Below are positions 28,974-36,198 of a DNA stretch of 36,198 nt, one piece after another. This stretch comes from Klebsormidium nitens. Lineage: Eukaryota > Plantae > Klebsormidiophyceae. The stretch lies in contig DF237702.1 in NCBI GenBank assembly GCA_000708835.1, positions 1 through 36,198 of the forward strand, read 5' to 3'. The notes below the pieces were generated by a model. The model saw only the letters and a program-made list of their open reading frames with translations. It had not been told where the DNA came from and did no database searches. The position numbers and the translations under genes were made by a program. Numbering within the stretch: the stretch's first letter is position 1; each line of letters begins with the position of its first letter.

Positions 28974-29289
28974 TCAGCGAAACGCGAACGATCGTAGGAG
29001 TGCTGCGAAGCTTCTGCGTTGTTTGAAACCCGATTTGATTGGAAGTAGAAACGTTGAAGGTTTGTTCGAGTGACTAGGATTATGCGACTCTAGTAGAAGC
29101 TGAGTAGTCGTAGATACGAGACAAAAACTAGCATTGAACTCGAGCGTCTGGTCGAGAACGGGTGAAATCAAAGCTCGTTTCCATTCGATCCGGCCATCAC
29201 TGCTTTCATGGTACTCATTCTCTTGAACTGCCTTTGACGCACAGACTCGAGCCATTGTTCAACCATTTTCGCGTTCAGAATCGAGCACT

Positions 29290-30030
29290 CGAGCAGCATG
29301 CACAGCTGCCATTGAGAGAAGCCGTCTGTATCCAATGATGGTGGCTATCTTCCTGCAACATTGATAGGAAGTACATTGAGAAGTACACATTTCGTTCTAG
29401 GGAAGTACATAGTCACCGTCTGAACCCATAACCTGGCAACAAGCTCGATTGCCTCAGAGTCCTGGTGGCCGCGGGCCGCCTGTATCATAACGAACCAGCT
29501 GGTATTAGTGAGACAATGCGCTGCAATGCCCATGATGTATCATAGCTTACATAATGATAGTATGCCATGGCATGATGCAGCTTGATCATGTGTAGTGACC
29601 GCGTCCGACGCCCATGTAGGAATGCGACACACATGCTGCCACTGGCATACAGCATGCAATCAATCAATTTCGATCGATCAATCACAATGATATATAGCTC
29701 CGCGCTAGCTAGTCAATTGACTCTCGAGTCTTGCTTTAACATATGCGATGTTTGATTCACATGCATGCACATGTGACGTGGCGCAGGCGGCTGCAAGCTA
29801 TATTTAGCTAGTTGATTGGATCGACCACAACGGTCAAAATTACTAGTTGGGTCCCATGCATGCACATGCATAATATAACGAACGCATGTGACTCGTACTA
29901 TAATGATGTAGTTTAGCCTTGCAAAAAGGTCACCAGTAGACGGCCAGGCGCGGTCCCGTATACAAACTCCAGGCCCGTCCGACTGCCCGCGCAGTATGTT
30001 CAATCCGTGACTCGCGCGGACAGCATGGTG
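29290..30030. other. Palindrome-rich block D (convergent spacer OR / PP2C)
   Basis: 15 CATG in 29531-30027; perfect palindromes ATGCCATGGCAT (29562) and AGTCAATTGACT (29711); CGATCGATC, CTAGCTAG, CACATGCATGCACATGTG (29758), CATGCATGCACATGCAT (29855). Confidence 0.8.
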
Positions 30031-30498
30031 CACTTGTCAAATATATGAAACAAGCGCTGACGGCTCAATGTTTTTCTACACAAGATAGATTGCGCATGTT
30101 CTTACAACTAGCTGCAAAATGGTTAATATGACAAAGATTCCTAACATTGCAATCGGCCAGGTGATTGCATCCTTTCCTACAAAGAAACTTACACAATCGG
30201 TTTGCTCTCGGTGTGAACAACACATGATCAGCGCTCAGGGCGCACAACAGCGTGGTTCTCATTGCATCATACTCAAGGTAATCGACTCCACTTAGGTACT
30301 ATCAACTAGTGTCCAACAATTACCTGGCGCTTCTACAAAGACATGTCGGTGGCGTGGCATCAAGCACAAGCAAGGAACGAGTCCAGAAACAACTTCAATT
30401 AACCAAACCAAACCCCTCGCAATCGATTTCGGGCTTATTAACAACATGTCAACACATGGTCAACAACAATGTACATTGGTGAGACTGTGGAAGGGCGA

Positions 30499-33400
30499 TC
30501 AAAGACCTGTCCCGGATGTAGCCCTGCACACACGGGACGTGGTATTCAGATCAAACAGTGAAGCTTCTTTGTCCTTCAGATTAAGACTCAACCTCCGGAC
30601 AAGGGCTGACCAGATACCAGGCAGCTTGATTGGGGGTGTGCAGGATGTGTCATCTTACCTCAAGTCTATCAGAATGATACTGATATTGTCGCTGCCCCGT
30701 TCCTGCAGAAACGAGGATCTTCTTTAGGCATAGGACCAAGACAAGACATGGTACCTCGAAGCACTGATGCATTGGCCCACTTTACTCGACTTCGGCAGAC
30801 AAGGCATACAACGAGACAACGGAGTCACATTTGCCTAGCCTGACCAGCCGCAAACAGCGGATTCACAGTCGCTGTGCAAGGACTTACTCTCAGAGCGAAT
30901 TTCGCCAGCTCTTGGGACGCCACCTGGTCGAGAGTCAAGTTCCAGTAATCCAGTTAGATTGGTAGCGGCCGTTAAGCAGTGCAGTTAACAAAACTGGCAT
31001 GTAAGAATTGATGCGGCATGCTCTGAGGTTACGAGGAAACATAAGCGGCAAATCACTCGGAGATAGAGCAGACTTTTGGCACACACGCTAGAAGTGCAGG
31101 GCTCACTTGCAGATCGTCCTTCTTCGCCAGCTGTTGCAACACGAACTGCACCGCTTCTTGGCTGCATGGATAGACGTCAGAGCATCAGCCGTAGACCGAC
31201 GCATGGGTCGTCAGAACCTGGGCAAAAGGCTTGAGACACTTCGATCTCTGGGCCTATTATCAAGTGCCTCATCCACAGTACGACGCCTTCATTGCAGGAT
31301 TACTCGCAAACTTTCAACTGTTGGGACTGCCGCAAAAATTTTATTGCCGCAGAAATAATGAAGACATATCGATCTCACCTCTTGATGCAGTCCCACAAGC
31401 CGTCCGAAGCCAGGATCACAAACTGGTCATCCGGGGTCAACGTAGTGTGAGTGACATCCGGCTTCGCGGTGACCCAGTCCTTGCTCAAGTCCAGCCTGTA
31501 CAAAGTCGATGGGGGTCAGAAAGGCGGCGGAAATCACTGTCCTCTTGAGAACAACAAACATGTTCTCACTTGCCAAGGTCTGCGGTGATAGAAGCAGCGG
31601 GCATTCGCTTTGATTCTAAGACGAACCTCCCACAAGTAGTCCCCATTAAAGGACGCCAATCCCTACCTTTCGACGAACTTCTTGGTGAATCGCCGCTTCT
31701 GCAACCCTTCCTCCAGCATCCTGCACAACGCACGGCAGTCAAGGTCAATGTCAGTTGCTGACCATAGCAGCATGTCATCCGAAGGTCCTCTCAAGCGGAC
31801 ACCAAAAAACCTTTTCGAACATGCATACTCGTCATGAGGAGCCAGTGTATACTCACACGCTTCGATCGTTCTTGTAGAGTGGATCTCCAAAGGCACGGGA
31901 GACAGCCAGCGTGCCGCAGACGCGCCCGTGGTTCACCTGCACATGGACCATGATTCAGAGGTAAGAACAGCTTGCCAGACAGAAGCTGACAAAAAGGGGC
32001 ATGCGTGTCCCAGGGTGATAGCGGACCGATGAAGAGAGCAGGATGACACCTGAGGTTCCAGTTCATCACGGAAGCCCCCTTAGGCAGAGTGGGACTTCTT
32101 TAAGAATTCTGTGTAGCTTCAGGAGAAGTAGGACAGCCTCTTACCCAGCAGCCTGCTTCTTTCAGCCGTTTGAGCTCAGCAACTGCCGAGGGCGCCTTGC
32201 CATAAGGACGGTGGTCTCCGCTGAGGTCCACCGCGCTCTTCCCGCGGCAGAGGACCTGCAAGGTGACAGTATTTAGCAGCTACTACAAGAAACTCAGATA
32301 TTAATCGTGTGATTTTGAAGCCCGTATGGAGAGGCAGGTGCAGCGCGGCCCTTGCACAATGGTCCCCCCTGGAATCTGGCATCCCCGCTCAAAGCTTTGG
32401 CTACCTGCTTCCAGACTGGGAGATGACTGGAATAAGTGCTCAGAAAAGGACAATGCAATTTCAGTGATGCAATCAACAGTGAGATCCAATCTCAAGCAGA
32501 CTAGTACACTGGGCTGCCTATGACTCACCACTCTCGAGTCCCCCACGTATCCAACGACCACTGTATCCTTCCGTATGAATGCCACTGTTCCAGTAGAACC
32601 AGAGCGACCTTCCCCGCCGCTTATTGAAGAAAGGCTGCACAGGGAGGGTAGCTCGAGGTAGAAATTCAATCGCGCACAGACAACAAAAGAGACTCATTGT
32701 GTCCTGGGCCTCCCACTCAATGTTGCATCCAAAAGGAGGACAAATACTTCAGATTCACTTGAATCAAGAGTGTGGGATGATTGAGATTGTGGGCTGCAAT
32801 TAGGACATTGCTCATGCATCCTCACGTTCGTACTTAAGACCTTCCTTTTGATCGATGTGGAGAGGCAATCTAAACTACGACTCAAGGTAGACTTACTGTT
32901 TCAACAATGCTGCGTCTGTTGTGAGGAAGGCTTCCTCCAGAGCTGCGGTAGCGTCTTCCAGAGTGGCAAGTGGCGCACCATCCCCGGTTGCAGTAGTCTC
33001 TATGCAGGCACTGTGCAGATTGTCCCTGCAGAGCAACCGGAGGGCAAATTAGGGGTCCGTGGTGTGTGACCAGGAAACCATCAAGAAATCTTGCAGGCTG
33101 GCCCACACAATGTGCCAAACCAGCTTTGACCGAGTCAACATCATGCTCCACCATCATCTACGTAATCTCCTGACTAAGCAATGGACCTGCAGACCTGGCT
33201 CGACGAGATACCTTCAGCAGACCCAGTGCACAAATATAACCAGAGAGCAAGGACAAACCAATCTGAAAGAATTAATGACTAGGGCCGTGAACCCAGCTAC
33301 CTATGAACCATCACAGCTGTAAAGAATGTGAGCTGCAGCTGACCTCAGATAGCTGACCGCTGCTGACCCAGAGTGACCATCATAGACCCCTGCAAAAACG

Positions 33401-33804
33401 AAGCCATTGTGCGCATTACCGACGACGACAGCCTCATCCTCCATCTCCTCCCGTGGCCCCTGCTCCAGCAAGATGCTGTACGGCAGCAAGCTAGCGGAAC
33501 CGTCATCTGAGCTCTCGCTGCTCACACTGCGATGCACCTTCTCCCGACGAAGACCCGGCGGGGCAGCCGCTGTTGCCTGGCATCGAATAGAGTTGATGCT
33601 CTGACAAGGTGACACATCGCACACACCAAAACGAGAGCTGCTCGATGTGGGCAATGGGCCCAATCGAGTGGGAGGTCCTTTCTCATGAAAATTGATAAGC
33701 GATCTTGACCGAACCTTTGGGCGAGTCAGAGATCGTGTGGCACATGATACCTCTAGGAATCCTGCCACAGAAGCTCCACATTGCAAGCAGGTGGTCCCAC
33801 CCAT
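30499..33804 (-). CDS. Chloroplast PP2C, TAP38/PPH1-like (PP2C57-type)
   Basis: Exons 33804-33345, 33025-32897, 32634-32529, 32255-32145, 31936-31857, 31720-31667, 31495-31379, 31161-31107, 30923-30888, 30702-30659, 30523-30499 join in frame. QGPREEMED, GVYDGHSG, SGSTGTV, YVGDSR, DHRPYG, GRVCGTLAVSRAFGD, insertion MLEEGLQKRRFTKKFVER, ILASDGLWD, DNISII. The HRPYG motif and the insertion are TAP38-like. Start codon and last exon less certain. Confidence 0.8.
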
Positions 33805-34154
33805 TGCCCCAGCCTGCCTTGTCCTTCTCGCTCAATGCGGTAATCCGTCTGCTGACACCTCGACTGTTGGAAGGCTACAAATTACAATGGCACGCTGCCA
33901 CAATTCTGAACGCCTACTGCGTAGCGCAGCACAGGATCGGCGCTGCCAGAGCCTCAGGGCTCTCCGAGTCCAAGTCCTGACCAGTGACTTTCCAAATGCT
34001 GATCTTCACTGGTCAGAAATCCCTGTTCCTACTTGGTGTTCACGAGTGCTCTTCAAGTTCCAGCCTCGCAATTGGAGTTGAAGGATCAATGTGAACTGCC
34101 ACCTCCCTCAGAGTGAAGTTTGTAATTAATGAAGATATATCGAAATTACCGTAA

Positions 34155-34429
34155 CCGGGAACGACCGATCGGCAGGGGTTGCCACCAACTTTCACCGGTG
34201 CCGGCTGCCTACCGGCTCCCCTGCAGTATTACCGGTTGACCTGGAGGCGGGACAAGTCACCGGGCACCGGTTTTACCTCCGTGCCATCCTATTTTTTTCC
34301 GACTTTTCAGCCGGTGAGGTGCCTTCGGCACCGGTGCATCTTCCCATTTTGTGCCGGCCAGGTCCAGCTTTAACACCGGTTCGTGGCAAGCACTGCCGAT
34401 CGGCCGGATGGCGATAAGGGCCTCCCCGG
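34155..34429. other. Dense CCGG/ACCGGT motif cluster upstream of the PP2C gene
   Basis: 13 CCGG in 275 bp, five of them ACCGGT (34194, 34231, 34266, 34330, 34375). Confidence 0.75.
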
Positions 34430-34721
34430 CCAGCCCTCGACCCTACACTTCGGTTAATCACACACTTCGCTCCTGAAGTGACGAAGGTGTCTGACACTGG
34501 TGCCAGTGGCAACAGCAGGCAGAGGGCGCAGACGCCCAGCCAAAATATGTATGATCAATTAAAATGGACCGGGCAAATGACACCCAACGATGGCGGAAAC
34601 TTGTGGAGAATTGTAGATTCTCGGCGTTTGTAATTAGCCGAGAATCGCGGTTCTCTTGGCGCGAACCGTGCCGCGGCCGCGGCGCCGCGCAGCGGCGCGT
34701 CTTGCTCCTTCGAAGCTTTAT

Positions 34722-35001
34722 AGGCCTATCCTGGACCCGGAGGTCGCAGAGTCGCGGTGAAGGTCGCGGACAAAAGTCGTGGAAAGTCGCGAAAGGTCGC
34801 GGAACGTCGCAGAGCATTGCAAGCATATAAACATAAAAGTTGCTTCAAAACATGCTTTTCAAAGATTGACAAAGTCGCGGTGAAGGTCGCGAAGTTCGCG
34901 GAACAAAGTCGCGGAGCACGGCGCGTAAAGTCGCGCAGAATCGCGGAAAGTCGCGCAACGTCGCGGGCAACTCTGGCAACCTCCGGGCTCAGGATAGGCC
35001 T
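34722..35001. mobile_element. 280-bp MITE-like element with 6-bp target duplication and internal GTCGCG arrays
   Basis: TIR AGGCCTATCCTGGACCCGGAGGT (34722) vs reverse complement of right end AGGCCTATCCTGAGCCCGGAGGT (21/23 identical); direct repeat CTTTAT at 34716-34721 and 35002-35007; 12 same-strand GTCGC copies; 19-bp direct repeat AGTCGCGGTGAAGGTCGCG at 34750 and 34873. Confidence 0.8.
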
Positions 35002-35193
35002 CTTTATAAGCGCACGAAGCTGCTCATTTCATTCAATCTGCTTCGTGCATGCTTCACAGACACGCTACTAAGCAATTGCGCAAAATTTCTTCTCTTTCCT
35101 TTCTTTTTCATGCACCCCTTTCTTTTGCTCCTGTCCTTCTCTTCATGACCGTTCAGATCTCATCAGCAATGTTTCAGTGACTACCTTTCCAGC

Positions 35194-36198
35194 ATGGCTC
35201 CTCGAGGTTCGTCTGATGCTGATCCTGCTGCGAAAGATCCTTCGAACGAAGATCCTCCACCCCCTGCTGAGAATGGAGCCAACGATGATGGTGCTGACGT
35301 TCGAGATCCGATTCGAAGAGTCCAAGACAATCCTCTCTTCAATCCTGCTCAGATGAACATGGGTGGCCATGCATCAGCTCCTTCGTCTGGGTTTGATGCA
35401 CTTGCTTACCTCAATCTGATTCGGGCCTTGTCTTCGAACGGGTTTCCACCTGGTGCTTTCAGTCACGGTGCTTTCGCTCCTTTTCAGCCTCAGAAGCAGC
35501 ATGCAAGACCTCCTTCTGCAGAACAACAAGGCCACCAAGTTCCCCTCGCTGCGCAACCTGCTGCTGCTCAAGTTCATCCACCTGCGGCTGCTCCAGTTCA
35601 TCATGCAGAGGATGCTCCTGTTCAACAACCTGCTCTTGGCGCAGACTTCGCACCTGTTCTTGGAGGTGTTCTGCAGGAGATTAAGGGAGAGCTTTCGGAT
35701 CTGAGGAGCCAGGTTTAGAATACTGTCCAGCACTCCGTGCATGATGCTCTGGCGACTTCGTTTGAGAACAGGAAGCGCAAGGCGTACAAGTTCAAGAGCG
35801 AATCAGCCAAAAAGCACTACGCTCCTTTGGAAGAGACGCACATCAGGTTTTCTGCTGCACGCGCTACAACGTCTGAAGCCTTGGAGACTGGCGCAAGGAT
35901 GTCTCACGAGCACTTGGAGCGCGTTCAGGATCTCATCGACGAGGGTATGTCTTTCTTGGAAAGTCGCATGCAGTTCTATGAGATTGCTGATGCCGAGTCT
36001 TGGCCTGTTGCGATGAAGATGGAGGAAGAGGAACTTGTTCTGGATCTCTCTGAGGAGAAGAGGAAGAGGCTCAAGAAGGCCAAGGACGAAATCAAGGAGG
36101 AAGCACGCGAGAAGGCTCAGTCGAAGAAGAAGTCCTCTGTCCCTCCTAAGTTCCAGAATGGTCCCAATGTGACGATTGGGCTATGGTTAAGTCTAAGC
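35194..36198 (+). pseudogene. DIRS-like (tyrosine-recombinase retrotransposon) gag-like ORF1, interrupted by one stop, runs off the window
   Basis: The frame starting at ATG 35194 is open to the window end except TAG at 35716-35718. The downstream part YKFKSESAKKHY...LIDEGMSFLESRMQFYEIADAESWPVA...LDLSEEKRKRLKKAK resembles the DIRS gag pattern as I recall it (FK...EG..L..R...IAD...W.V...D.EK.I.KA). No introns; T-ending codon bias unlike host genes. RT/RNaseH/YR not in window. Confidence 0.65.

Noticed and set aside
6481-30030. Idea that the palindrome blocks are a CRISPR-like array, restriction-site decoys against algal viruses, or synthetic polylinkers
   Set aside because: No repeat-spacer periodicity and no nuclease or methylase gene in the window; the sites are irregular and overlapping, not unique 6-cutter series. 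Overlap with chlorovirus enzyme sites (CATG, GATC, GTAC, TGCA) is expected for any 4-bp palindromes.

Overview
Eukaryotic, intron-rich, GC-rich genomic DNA, most likely a streptophyte green alga (Klebsormidium-like; inferred from land-plant-type proteins and gene structure, not from a database hit). I reconstructed eight spliced protein-coding genes by hand: TDY-type (group D) MAP kinase (+), CFIm68/CPSF6-like RRM protein (-), plastid HAD hydrolase (+), KIAA1328/hinderin-like coiled-coil protein (-), TMEM186-like protein (+), CTDSPL2/SCP-like phosphatase (-), ORANGE chaperone (+) and TAP38/PPH1-like PP2C (-). The right edge holds a stop-interrupted DIRS-like gag, and there are two TIR-bounded MITE-like elements. 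The most striking feature is architectural. The eight genes alternate strand strictly, and each of the four tail-to-tail spacers holds a ~500-bp block rich in self-complementary words (8-16 CATG per block, about 2 expected, plus GATC, TGCA, AGCT and some 12-14 bp perfect palindromes). The blocks share no long alignable sequence that I could see. Upstream regions instead carry dense clusters of other palindromic cores (GTAC, CCGG/ACCGGT, GTCGCG). All counts and exon coordinates were made by eye and should be recomputed.
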